This document shows, one piece after another, positions 1 to 16,348 of a DNA stretch of 49,925 nucleotides. Source of the stretch: Fonticula alba ATCC 38817 (lineage: Eukaryota; Protista; Nucleariida); NCBI GenBank assembly GCA_000388065.2, contig KB932202.1, one strand, 5' to 3'. The notes beneath the pieces were generated by a model. It searched no databases. It was not told the origin of the DNA and saw only the letters and a list, made by a program, of their open reading frames with translations. A program made the position numbers and the translations under genes. Each line of letters starts with the position of its first letter. Position 1 is the stretch's first letter.

Positions 1-58
1 TGGGTGTGGGCGACACTCGCAAGGGGCCGATCATGATTCAGATGTATGAATGTAGGAA

Positions 59-94
<36 letters not shown>

Positions 95-658
95 TGTGGG
101 TGTGTGGGTGTGTGGGTGTGTGGGTGTGTGTATGTGTATGTGTATGTGTGCGTGCGTGCGTGCGCGCGTGCGTACGTGTGTGCATGTGTGCGCGCCCGGA
201 CGCCCCGCCCCGTGGTGCCCCCTGGCGGCCCCCCCCCCCCCGGCTCCCGATTCCCCTAAACGTCTGCACAGGGCCCGCGCATAGCACACGGCCATCCGTT
301 TGATCTTCCCGCCCCCCCCCCCCCGGGCCCAGCCGACCCCCGGCTGACTTCGGCATACACTTAAAGTTGCCCAGGTTCGGACCCGCCCCCTCGGCCGGCC
401 AAATCACCTCCCCCCCGCCCCAGGAGCCTCCTCTTCCCCCTTCCCCCCTCCCCTCCCCTCCTTCCTGGCTCCCATTCCCGCTGGTTTCCCCTGTCCTCCT
501 CCGCGCTCCCTCTTTCCCCTGCTGCGCCCACGGGTCCTTTGCACTGTGTAGTCCCCCCTCTCCCCCTCCCTCCTGCCGCCAGTTTTGTGAATCTGCTGCC
601 GCGCTGCCCGTGCGCTCTGCAGCCCCTCGGTCCTGCCTGTTCCCCCGCTGTTGCCAGA

Positions 659-1201
659 ATGTCCTCGCACATGGCTGTCACCCATCTGCAAAATGAGTTC
701 CGGCGGTTCCTCAAGAACCCGGTCCCCTTTTGCCTGGCCTCCCCTCAGGCTAGCAACTTCCTCGAGTGGTTCGTGCCTCAACTGACCCCTCCTGCCCCTC
801 ATCTCCTCTCGCTGCTCATGTCCAGCCCCCGGCTGCCCATCTCACCCTCGTTCTCTCCCTCTCTCTCTCTCTCTATGGCACGAGTCAAATAGTGCTGAGA
901 ACAGGAGAGTATCACAGGCGCCACACAGCGTCATAGTGTTGCATCGGATGTCCTTGATCCCCGGGCCTTGGTTGGGCACTCAAACAGGGATTATTGCCTG
1001 ATTGGCCCGCCGGACTCGCCCTACTTCGGGGGGGTTTACCATGGGAAGATTGTTTTCCCAAACAACTTCCCCTTCTCGCCACCGAGCATCCTGATGATCA
1101 CTCCCAGCGGTATGTTGTTTGTGGATGTATTTCTTCGCTCCTCCCCTCGCGCCCCCTGTCTCTCTGAAAGGGGGCTGCTCGCATCCCCCCCCCCCAGGCC
1201 A

Positions 1202-1234
<33 letters not shown>

Positions 1235-3126
1235 GTCTCTCCCCACGAATCCCTCCCCCCTCGCCTTTCTAACTGGTGGTCCCGTCCGGTGGTTTGGTGG
1301 CTCTGTCTCTGTAGGCCGCTTTGAGACCAATACGCGCCTTTGCCTGTCGATGAGTGACTTCCATCGTACGTACCTGCTATCTCCCTCCCCCCTGCCCCCT
1401 CTCCGGGGCCACCATGTTACTACCCCTCCCCCCGCCCCCTGTAATATGGGGCGGTTCCCTCATCATCGGCTCTGATTGTCTCGCCCAAAATGAGCTTCCC
1501 CTGCCTCTTCCTCGCGGGCCTGAATGATGCACTGCCGACCCACTTACCATCCTTCCCATCCATATACCCACAGCCAAGACCTGGTCTGCCTCGTGGACGG
1601 TGTCCTCCATCCTCCTTGGCATCCAGTCCTTCATGCTTGAGGAGACCCCCACGCAGGGGAGTATTCACCCCCCGACGAGCTTCCTCGAGCGTCGAAAGCT
1701 GGCTGCCGCGTCGCATAGCCACTGCCTCTCGAACCCTCGGTTCTGCAGTACGTGCTATGTCTTCCCCCCTCGCGCTTGGCCGTGGATTCTTTCGCGGTTG
1801 ATGTCGCATCGCCTCTTGCCCGCTTCCCATCTCCTCCTCCCCCCCCCCTCCCCGCTCCTCCTCCTGTGCCGATGCCAGCTTTCCTGCCGGCCCTAATTGA
1901 CACCACAACCGCCATAGGTCAATTTCCCCAGGTGAAGAGCGACATCCAGTCGGGTCGCTTGCCGCCGGTGGACATGTCCCCCGCGGCTCTCAAGGAGCTG
2001 GAGCAAAAGTGCCTTGCGCTGCTTTCCCTGCCCAAGAAGACCGCCGGCTCTGCCAGCGCATCTGCATTGCCCCCGGCCGCGGCCGAGTCGCAGCCCTCCC
2101 AGGAGGCCGAAGAGCAGCCGCCTGTCGCCGAGCCTGGAGACGACGTGCCCACTTCCTCCTCACCAACCTCCTCCGCCCCCTCCGCCTCCACTGGCCATGT
2201 GGATACGGGCGTCTCTTCGACAGTGGCCCCTGCGCAGACTCCCACCACCACCACCTCCAGGACCAAGCCCAAGATTAGTGCCGCTGCCCTCCTCAAGCAG
2301 AAGGGCCGTAGTGTACGTCTCCTTCTGCCAGATCTCGTTGCTTTCACTGCCGGGAGAGCGCCCTCCTTGTTTTTGATGAGTGTCTCCCTTTTTTCCTTCG
2401 TTCATGTCCCTTCGCGCGTTCTCGTGTTTGTGCGAATACCTTCCTTCCTTCTCCTGGCGGTCCAACCATTGTCGGGGCCGGGAGGGGGAGGGGGGGGGGG
2501 GGCCCTCCTATTCTGAGTGTATCCTTGTGTCTGTTGTCTGTTTGTGGAGATGGGCTTCCGCGCGAACATCCCCTCCTCTCTCTCTCTCTCTCTTCACCTC
2601 TCCCCCCTCGCCTTCCATCCTCCTCGAGTGTGCCCCGTTGTCCTATATCCCCCTTTTCTATAGTATTTGTGTCAACCCCCTCCCCCTCTTCCCCCCTCTC
2701 CCCCTCTTCCCCCCTCTCCCCCTCCCAGGTTTCTGCCTCCCTGTCTCTCGCTGCATCCTCCTCGCCATCCAGCGTGTTCTTACCGACATTACACATCATG
2801 CATCCGCCATGCACACACGCACACGCACACGCACACGCACACGCACACGCACATGCACACACGCACAAACATATGCACGTGCGCCGCCGCGTGTACAGTC
2901 GCCAGTTCTCCAGCCCAGCCTCTCGCCGCTGGTGACCCCGGCTGAAGAGGATGACTCGCCGCTGGTGTCGTCAGCCCCCTCCGGCACCGGGCCCGGTGTG
3001 GCGATAGCCTTCAGGGACCTTTGGTCTCCCAGCTTGCTGGCCGTGCCTCTGGTGCTGATCGTGCTGTACACGGCCATGGCACTGACGCGGTCAGCCTTGT
3101 CATTCGTCTTTGGGACTGTTCTCTGA
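659..3126 (+). CDS. UBC6: Ubiquitin-conjugating enzyme E2, UBC6/UBE2J2 family (tail-anchored ERAD E2), 6 exons
   Basis: Exons about 659-768, 988-1109, 1315-1365, 1574-1747, 1918-2312 and 2899-3126 splice in frame (GT..AG). They give ...[82 protein letters not shown].... [11 protein letters not shown] is the UBC6-type active-site motif. A Ser/Pro/Thr linker and a C-terminal hydrophobic anchor ([17 protein letters not shown]) follow. Confidence 0.93.
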
Positions 3127-3210
3127 TTCAAGCAGGGAAGACCACTTTTGGGGGCTCTTGTAACGTCGGCAGCGGCAACGGCTGGTCTTCCTCGGAGATG
3201 GATGTATGGA

Positions 3211-3290
3211 TGTGTGTGCATGTGTGTGCATGTGTGTGCATGTGTGTGCATGTGTGTGCATGTGTGTGCATGTGTGTGCATGTGTGTGCA
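3211..3290 (+). repeat. Perfect 10-bp tandem repeat (TGTGTGTGCA)x8 just downstream of the UBC6 stop
   Basis: Eight identical units read directly from the sequence. Confidence 0.95.
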
Positions 3291-3645
3291 TGTGCCCGCA
3301 CTTGTGTATCCCCCCCCCACACACATGTGGCCGTGTGAGACTGATGAGGTGAGAGCCAAGCGCAAGGCAGTGTGAAAAGCAGAGACTTGGGTCCTCGACA
3401 CACGAGAGGGATGGTGAGCTGGTGTGTGTGTGGGGGGGTGGCGAACTTGTCGCGTGTTCAGACACTGCACTCCTCTATATTACGGTGAGCTCCTGGATGT
3501 GCCGCTCCCCCCTTCCTCCTGCCTCGGGGTCGGGGCCGATGCCCTCCGTGCTTCCCCACGACAGTTCCCCCCTTCCGGCCATCGGCCCCCATCCCTTGTC
3601 CAAGTTTTTCTCCATTGCTGCCTGCTCCTCATCTTTCCCTCCCTC

Positions 3646-3680
<35 letters not shown>

Positions 3681-5839
3681 AGCATCATCACCACCACGAC
3701 CATCGTCTTTGCATCTGCCTCCCCCCTCCCTTCCCCCCCTCTCTCTTCACATTTCGTGCGCATGGGCACGGCACGCGCCAACTAGTTCCTCAGCGCGTGC
3801 AGAGTAGCAACACGCGCTCCCCCACGTATCTCCACCTTCCCCTCCATCCTCCTTCCTTTCCTCTCCCCAGGCGGGATCAGTACCCTCCTGATCTCTTCTC
3901 GTCCTCCCCCTGTCCCTTCTTCCCTTCCTCTCCTCCCCCCCTCCCCCAATGTGGGCGATGTGCAGCGTCCCAGTCTTGTCGCGCACGCATCTCTCTTAAA
4001 ATACCCAATCCCCCCCCTCATGCAACATGTACAAGATACACCGGCCGGGGAGGGGGAGGACGGAGGCGCGGGGGGCGAGGAGGGGGATGGCCGCCAGCTG
4101 GTGGTCTTTCTCCCTCGTCCTTGCCACGCGCGTGCGCGCGCGCGCTCTCAGGCTACCATTCTTTCGTGCCCTTCTCTCTCTCTCTCTCTCTCTCTCACGG
4201 GCACACACGGCACATGTGTGCATCCCCCCCCCACACCCATGTGTGCCCACTCGCGGTGTAGTGGCAGCGGCAGCGATACTGGTGCTTTGCTCCTCCCCTT
4301 GCCCTTCGCGCCTTCCACTCTTCTGCCCTGTTCCCATCCATTTCCCCGCCTCCTCCTCCTCCTCCTCCTCCTCCTCCTCCTCCTCCTCCTCCTTCCCCTT
4401 CTCAATATCACGATCAGTGTTTCTGTTCGGTGTCTCCGTCCCTTCGGCGAAAGCCCCCCGGGCGAGTGTTCCATCTTACCCTTCCTTCTCCTCCTCCGAC
4501 CCGGCATGTGGAAGCAACGCAAGGGCAAGCTCCCCTGGTGTAATACGCTCCTCCTGACCCCCCCCTCCCCTCCCCTCCCCTCCCCCTTGCCTTGGCCCTC
4601 AGATCTAGGTCTCTCTCCTCCACGGTTGTCTGGTGAATCCCCCTTAGATTCTCCTCCCCCTAAGCGCCCGCGCGTTCGAGAGCCCCCCCCCCCCCCCCCC
4701 CCCCTCCCTCACTTCCTGGTGGAGGGGCGTTGAGAGGGCGAGGCGGCTGTGCGCGAGTGTCGGTCCTCGACAATGGACACCGGCTGAGACAATAGGGCCG
4801 GCTTTCGTGGGGCTCCCCGGCGCCCGGCGATCGTTGGCACTTGCGGCCTTTTCGCGGGCCGCTTCCCCCTTGTATGTTGTGTCCCCCCCCTCCCCGGTCG
4901 TGTGTGTCGCCATCTGGCCTGCGCATTCCCCGACAATAGAAATCTCATGCACGGAGGGATGCGCCACACACGCCTTCTTCCTGTTGTCCTTCTCCCCAAG
5001 TTCCCCTGCCCCGGGGGTTTCACCGTGCATGTATGTGTGGGCGGGTGGCGGGGTAGTGGAGAGGCCCGGAGCGTGGGAATAATGATGGCGGCTTGGAGCG
5101 GTGGCCGTTCCAACGCGAGCGCCCCCGTCCGCGGTGCCAGTGAACCCGGCTGGAAGAGGGGGCCACCTTGGACATCTGTCCGGGCGGGCGTCACCCCCCC
5201 CGCGCCCCAGGACCCGGGACCAGTGCGGCCCTGCCAACAGGGCTAACGATGCTCGTAGACGTGTCTTTCAGGCAGGGCCCGCAACCCACTAGTGGCGCGG
5301 GGGGGGGGGGGGGGGNNNNNNNNNNNNNNNNNNNNNNNNNNNNNNNNNNNNNNNNNNNNNNNNNNNNNNNNNNNNNNNNNNNNNNNNNNNNNNNNNNNNN
5401 NNNNNNNNNNNNNNNNNNNNNNNNNNNNNNNNNNNNNNNNNNNNNNNNNNNNNNNNNNNNNNNNNNNNNNNNNNNNNNNNNNNNNNNNNNNNNNNNNNNN
5501 NNNNNNNNNNNNNNNNNNNNNNNNNNNNNNGGGGGGGGGGGGGTTGGCGCTGTCCCCGGCCAGCGCAGGTCGCCTGGATCTGGCCGATCTCCCTGCGATC
5601 GAGCCGGGGCCGGGGCCGGGGCCGGGGCCGGGGCCGACCCTCCCGGCGCCCTCTTGCATGGAGGGGAGCGAGCAATAAAAGACCCGGGCCTGTCGTTCCG
5701 GGGGGGACTCGCCCCGGCCGTACCAATTCCCGCAGTCCGAGGTGCTCTATCATACCCCGCTCTGCTTTGTCTCCCTTTTCCCGCTCCTCCTCTCGCCCCT
5801 CCTCCCCTTCCGGTCCCGCTGCCTGCCCGAGCCCCAGCC

Positions 5840-8414
<2,575 letters not shown>

Positions 8415-8966
8415 TGGCGCGGCTTCGCCGCCGGCGGCCGACGCGTGCACAAATGCCGCCCCTCGGGCGGTTTTCTTGTCGCGTCAAGCGGCGCTGTGTT
8501 GGCCTGGCCATGACCCCCCGGCCCCCCGCCTCCCGCTCCCGCCCCAACTGCCGCCCCTTTTTACAGCTGTGACGTTCTTTCCTCGTGGGCCCTGTGCCGC
8601 GTGTATGCGAGCTCCCGCTTTTGCCGAGTTGGCCCCTTGTTGCGGGGAGATGTCCGGCAAAATGGAGTCCAGGCAGAAGAAAAAAAGACATATGTGTGTA
8701 TTTCGGATGGTAACCTGTCGGCTTGGCTCTCCTTCCCCCTTGCTCTTCCTGTCGGGGGTGAGAGGGAGAGGAAGAGAGGGCCGAGATTCACCTGGCAGCA
8801 TGCATGAGAGCAGGGCAGGGCGAGAGAGAGAGGAGGGAGCGCAGAACCCCACACTGGTGCACAGGGATAGGAGTCCACCCGCCACGCTCCGGCCCGGACA
8901 GATGTGACACCCCCCGCTGCGTTTGGGGGAAGGCGGGAGAGGGAGCAGGACCTGGCAGCCCTCTTA

Positions 8967-11207
8967 TTAAGGGTCGCCGGCCGGAGCAGTGTTGGAGCGG
9001 ATGCGGTTCTGGAACTCGGCCTCATAGTCGAAGTCATGCTTGGAAATGCGGTTGAAGCGGCCCAGAGCCCACAGGGAGAAGGCGTCCGTGTAGTTCGGGT
9101 AGCTGATCATGCAGTTCTTGTTGAAGTTGCCGACGATGGACTCCTGCGGCCAGTTGCCCTCAGGCAGCTGGCGCTCCATGATAAGCTGTGAAGTGCCTCG
9201 CGCGTTAGTATCCTCGTCTTGCGCGCAGGCGCGCACACACATACACATAGAGATGCATAAAATACATGGCAGCAGGGGGCGGGCACAAAGAATGATGCGG
9301 GGGCCCGGCGGGCCCACCAGGGGCGAGACCCAAGAAAGGCACATACCTTGACAGCGCGCTTGATGGCATCGGTGTTCGGGCACCGGGCAGCCAGCAGGCC
9401 CATGACCACCCACGCGGTGTGAACGGCCGTCGAGCGCTCCAGCCCGTGGTACACCTTCTCCGAGGAAGACTATGGAAGAGACGCAAAGTGGGCGGGTCAG
9501 TGGCGCGGACAGCTGGAAGGGGCGGCGGGAGACAAAAGAAAAAAAGGAAGAGGAGGAGACACAGAAAAGCCCCCCCCCCCCAGATCCAAACGCACGAGGT
9601 ACGACTCGGCCCAGCCGCCATCGGCATTCTGGTGGGCCAGGAGGAAGTCACAGCCGCGGCGCGAGGCCTCGGAGTTGGAGTAGAACTGCTGGAAGGTGGC
9701 CAGCCCCTCGAGGCCGAACCAGCCGCCATAGGTGAAGCACACGCCCCACGACCCGTACCAGCTGCCATCCGGCTTCTGCGAGGAGAGGATGAACTGGTAG
9801 CAACGCTCCAGAGCCTTGCCAATGTCCTGGGGCCGGTACTCCGGGTAGTGGTGGCGGAACTCCACCATGGCCTGGGAGCAGGCGCTGGTCAGCTCGACAT
9901 AGCTGTACTCGACCATGATGTCGCTGAACACCTCGGCCGGGTTGATGGCCTCCAGGATGGTCGGGCCGCGGCGCGGCTCGTACGAGCTGAACCCGCCATC
10001 CGGGTTCTGCTGGGCCAGCAGCAGGTCCATCGAGGCCTGGTGGTCGCGGTGGCGGAAGATCCCGCGCGGGGCAAAGCGCTGCGACTGCAGGGACATGGCC
10101 GCGCGCAGGCCCTCGGCCGTGCAATCGGCCACCGTCCACCCGCAGTGGTTGGTGGAGAAGGGATACCCCCCGACCGAGGGCTCGCGATAGACCCGGGCAT
10201 GGTTCGGCACATCCCGCCGGACGATGGTCTGATCGAGGAAGCGCAGCGCGGCATTCATGCTGGCGCGCACCGACTCGGCCTCCCGGTTGGTCGGGTCCAG
10301 GGCCATGGCCTCGGCCCCGCAGCTGATCATGGCCTGCACATAGAAGGCCGCGTCCCACAGCTGCGAGCCATTGGTGCCGGTCATGCGCAAACCGTCGGCC
10401 CCCATCCACAGGTAGTCCGGCACGCGGTCCATGTGCATCTGGTACCACTCGCTGTCGGCGCCCTCCCGGTGCCAGGCCACCACCATGTTGATGACCTTGC
10501 TGACCGGGCCAATGCCGATGCCCCGGGTGTTGTCGTCCTCCGCGCGCACCAGCATGGCCACCTCCTCCACGGCGCGAGCCCGCAGGAAGGGCGGCATGCA
10601 GGCCTCCACCCCACCGAGCACCACATAGGCCGAGTCCAGCACCTGCGTGTGGGGGGAATAGTTGTCCGGCGCGGCCACGGCATTGCGCGCGGCCATCCAA
10701 TCCACCTTGGCGAAGGGGGTCCCCGGGTAGAGCTCCTCCCGCAGGGACCGGATGAATTGGTTGATGGGCACGGTGATCCGGTGCGCATAGCAGTAGGACA
10801 TCGGCAGGTAGACCATGCGCGTGTGGCACCAGTACCGGCCGGGGTGAATGGGCAGGGCATACGGCAGGAGCCACAGCTCCGGCTGCACCGGGTTCAGCCC
10901 CTCCCACGAGTAGACATTCATGAGGGCCAGCCAGAACTTCCCCCACGCAGGGACGGTATAGGCACCATCTGATCCGGGGGGGGGGNNNNNNNNNNNNNNN
11001 NNNNNNNNNNNNNNNNNNNNNNNNNNNNNNNNNNNNNNNNNNNNNNNNNNNNNNNNNNNNNNNNNNNNNNNNNNNNNNNNNNNNNNNNNNNNNNNNNNNN
11101 NNNNNNNNNNNNNNNNNNNNNNNNNNNNNNNNNNNNNNNNNNNNNNNNNNNNNNNNNNNNNNNNNNNNNNNNGGGGGGGGCACATGCGGGTGGAGGTAGC
11201 ACGAGGG

Positions 11208-11239
<32 letters not shown>

Positions 11240-12118
11240 CAGGGGAAGGAAGAGCCCCGCTACGCACCATGCTTGGCCATGAACTCGCGAGCGCGGGCCA
11301 GCTGCACGCAGTTGCGCGGCACGCCGAGGATGCGCAGAACCACATAGTTGAGGGCCGTGCCGAACATGGTGGACTTGTCCTCGATGTGCAGACCCCAGCC
11401 ACCCTGCTCCGGGTGCTGGAGATTCAACAGGTAGCGGATCATCTCCTGGCGGTACACTCGCGGCATGGCCTGCTCCAAGGTCCCGGCCACATAGAGGGAG
11501 ATCACCAGCCCGGGGATCAGGAACATCGGGCCACCGTAGTCACCGGCCCAGTGGCCGGACGTCGGGCATTGGACCGCCCGGACGAACTCCATTCCGCGAC
11601 GGGCCGACTCCTCGGGGGTGGTGGCCTTCTCGGTGGGCACATCGAAGGGGAGATCCGCGGGCTGGGGGGGGGGGCAGGCGAGAGTGTCAGGGCCAAGGGC
11701 CAAGCGCGAGTCAGGGCGGTGGACGGGAACGGCAGGGCCCAAATGACCGGACCTTCAGGATGTTGAGGTGGAATTTGGTGGCATTGTCCTGGGGCCAGTC
11801 CTTGACATTGCTCTCGCCCTCGGGGTCGTCGTCGGTGGCCAGGTAGTGCCAGGTGTGCCGGCCAACCAGGTCGGTCTTCAGACGCCAGCGGCTCAGATCC
11901 GAGGCCTCGGGGACCGGGTAGACGAACTGCTCCTGCGAGAGGGGTTGGCAAGGCCGAGTGGCAGGGGGGCGGGGAGCATGTCAGCAGCAGCAGCAGCAGC
12001 GGCGGCGGCGGCGGCGGCCACGGGGGCAGGGAGGGGGCGCGAGAACAGGCGCAGGGGGAAAGGAAGAAAGAAGGGCGAGAGAGAGAGAGGGAGGGAGAGG
12101 GGGTCACACCTCAGACAT
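8967..12118 (-). CDS. LSS: 2,3-oxidosqualene cyclase, lanosterol-synthase type, 6 exons
   Basis: A 9-nt first coding exon (MSE, 12118-12110) is followed by EQFVYPVPEASDLSRWRLK...GRHTWHYL, GHWAGDYGGPMFLIPG, GGWGLHIEDKSTMFGTALNY, WGKFWL, GTNGSQLWD, the catalytic VADCTAE, QW-type repeats (QQNPDGG, SQKPDGSWYGSWG, HQNADGGW) and GNFNKNCMISYPNY. One N-gap (10986-11172) lies inside an intron. Confidence 0.97.
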
Positions 12119-13605
12119 TGTAGGAGGCGAAAAGGAAAGGGGGTGACAGCGACAAAGGGGATGGGGCTGGGGTGTTTCCTTGGTCGGCACGTGGAGCCCG
12201 GGGGGGATGGCGGGGTGGTGCCAAAAATGCCTCCACGCCCCCCTCCCCTGTGCTGACCCCTTCTATTCCTGAGCCCCGGTTGATCTCTCTCGACCGCAAG
12301 CGACGAGCGGCCAGGGGCCCGGAAAACACGAAAGCCGACCGATCGTCCGGAAAGCCTGGCCAATCTAGCGCGCTTCTCTCTCTCTCTCTCTCTCTCCCTC
12401 TCTCTCCCCTCCCTCTCGCACCCACACGCACTCAGGGCTAAACTCGCGCGGTGGTGGCGAGGGCCAATGCAACGGCGGCGGCGGGATGGGCCGATCGTGC
12501 ACTCGGACCCTGCCACCAGGCAGGAGAGGCACCGGGCGCCCGCGGACCACGGCAGGTTTCACATGAAACGCCAGCTGGGTTCCCCTCCATCCCCCCGGTC
12601 CCTCCGCCGGAGGGGGGGGGGGGTGGATCCATCAGCCCATCTGCTTGACCTCGGGCTTGGGAATAAGGCCAGGGAAGACAGACCACACTCAAGGCGAGGC
12701 GGGCAACGGGCGCCTGCGCCCCACCGAAGGGGGAGGCTCCGGCCCGGGGGCCCCCGTTGAGCTGCGCAGAAGGTCCCCTGCCATGCCCCACGCGCCTGCG
12801 TAAGGGAGGGGGAGCTTGAGCGACAACACGCCCTTGCCCGCGGAGGCCCTCCCCCCACCCCCTCCCGCAGGTGCTCGGCTCGCCCGNNNNNNNNNNNNNN
12901 NNNNNNNCCCGAGAGTGAGCCAGGACCATCGGCTCCCCCCCACCCACCCCCACACCCCGCACAAAAAGGATGCAGTCTGGTGGCCTGATACCCGAGCAGC
13001 GGCTCGCGAGGGCTGAGGCGTGGGGGGACCAGCTGGGATTCACATCAGCGCATCTCGCGGATCAGCCGATATATCCGCGCGAGGAGGCCCGCCATCGGGC
13101 CCCATTCTTCCGCCGCGGGCTGCCGGGGAGGGGGGAGGGGGCGGGGGAACCTGCGCAGGAGGGGACCAGCCGAGTGGCGGGAAACCCCCGGCCCACCGCG
13201 CACGCCCCGAGCGGCCTGCGGATGCCGACAAAAAAGGACCCCGGGCCAAGAGGCGGGGAGGGGGGGGGGGGACGCGGAAATGTCTGCTGGAGCGCCGACG
13301 GAAATTGGCTGGGAAAAAGCGGGACAAATTTGCCCGAGTTCCAGCACGCGAGCCTCCAGGCTCTATCAGATCGGAAACGCCATTCCCCCGGGCACACGCA
13401 TGTACCGTACCTTGGCCGGGCTGGACGGAGCGCGGCTGGGTGGCCGCCTTCTGGGGACACGGAGGACCATTGGCAGCCTGGTCTGCGTTTGCCTCGCCCC
13501 GGCCGGCCCCGTCGTCGTCCGATCCGGCCACGGCCGTGCCTCCCTGTGTACGGCGCGTGCGCAGGGAGGCGCCTCTCGGCTGTGGCGGGGGCTTGTGACT
13601 GGACG

Positions 13606-13657
<52 letters not shown>

Positions 13658-13923
13658 ACCCCCCCCCCCCCCCCCCCTCTTCCTCGTTCTCTCTCTCCCC
13701 CCCCCCGCCTCTCCTGGCCACNNNNNNNNNNNNNNNNNNNNNNNNNNNNNNNNNNNNNNNNNNNNNNNNNNNNNNNNNNNNNNNNNNNNNNNNNNNNNNN
13801 NNNNNNNNNNNNNNNNNNNNNNNNNNNNNNNNNNNNNNNNNNNNNNNNNNNNNNNNNNNNNNNNNNNNNNNNNNNNNNNNNNNNNNNNNNNNNNNNCCCC
13901 CCCCCCCCCCCCCTCCCGCCACC
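12119..13923. promoter_or_regulatory. Shared divergent upstream region of LSS and IDI1
   Basis: It lies between two outward-facing start codons. Several CCAAT/ATTGG pentamers are visible but may be chance. It contains two N-gaps, so the true length is uncertain. I could not identify a convincing sterol-response element. Confidence 0.45.
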
Positions 13924-15197
<1,274 letters not shown>

Positions 15198-15993
15198 GCG
15201 CATGTGTATGACGAACTTGCACGCGGGACGGGGGCGATATTCCCTCTCCCTCTCTCTCCCTCTCCCCCTCCCCGCGCAGGACACACGTACACATACTCAC
15301 AGACTCCACTCTGAGAGATGCGCGAGACTGGACATCCTTCCCCGCCCCTGCCATATCTCCGCCATGCGCTTTCCCTCTCGTGTGCACGTGGTGTCCCCCT
15401 CCCCCCCCCCTCTGTCGCGAATAGACACCCTCTCTTTTGTATTTGGCCGCTTCTGCGGTGCGCGCTCGTGCGTGCATGTGCAGTCTGGTGTTGTTGTTTT
15501 TTCTTGCCACTCATCCAGCATCCCGTGCATGCGGTGGGGAGCTGCTCTCGGCACGGGGAGGCGAGAAGCGCGAAGAGGGGGCGAGGATGGCAGATCACAG
15601 TCCGGTGTCAGTTTTCCACACACATACACACGCGTGCGTCCCCCCCCCCCCCCCTCCCCCTCCCAAGGTTGGACATCTCCCCGCGTCGGGAGCCGGAGAA
15701 AGTGGAAAAGGTAACGGGGGCGCCGCTGACCAGCCCGCTTCCCAGCCCCCGGGAGATTGGTCGCCCGCAGGAGGAGAAGTGGCTATTGCCGATGGCAGCC
15801 GCGCCCGGGTGGGCGTGCGCCATTCGCATTTCGGCCACCGCGCGGAAGGGAGCGCCCTCATGGAGCGCCTTGCCATCTACCACACGTGATTCGCGGACCA
15901 GCGAATCTAGTTATTCTTCAGCGCGCGATCTCCCCCGTCCCCCGCCGCGGCAAGGCGGCGGCACCGTGCCGATCGCCTCACCAGCCTCCGGAC

Positions 15994-16026
<33 letters not shown>

Positions 16027-16229
16027 GCCCTCTGCCCTGCTCCCTGATTCGCCCGGTCTTTTGCCGTGTGTTGACCCCCTCCCAAGCGGCAGACCGGCCT
16101 CCCGTCTCCTCCCCTCCTGCTGCTCTCCCCGCCTCGCCTCCATTCTCTTCAACTGCCAAGGGCACTCCTCGCTGCCGCCTCCGATCGCCGGACCAGACCG
16201 GCGCTCCGCACGACTGCCCTCTGGCAGCA

Positions 16230-16295
16230 ATGTCGAAGGAGATTGTTAGCATCCAGCTCGGCCAGTGTGGCAACCAGGGTGCGGCCACATGCGAA

Positions 16296-16348
<53 letters not shown>

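Noticed and set aside
6-303. ORFs rich in VCVC, HTHT, RERE, poly-P or poly-G here and throughout the track
   Set aside because: They are translations of (TG)n, (GA)n and G/C homopolymers in introns and intergenic DNA, with no domain content.
876-987. A purine-richer segment in UBC6 intron 1 with a small hairpin, an ANANNA hexamer and a terminal ACA (H/ACA snoRNA-like)
   Set aside because: The second hairpin is unconvincing and the ACA overlaps the splice acceptor. It would need a covariance-model search.
3211-3290. Tandem repeats as a CRISPR-like or satellite system (10-mer x8 here; 11-mer x3 at about 32826-32858)
   Set aside because: The units are directly adjacent with no spacers, the context is eukaryotic, and there are no cas genes. 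They are ordinary micro- or minisatellites.
3300-5300. A possible hidden gene in the long UBC6-GPI spacer
   Set aside because: It is mostly C-rich low-complexity sequence and triplet repeats, with no consistent exon chain.
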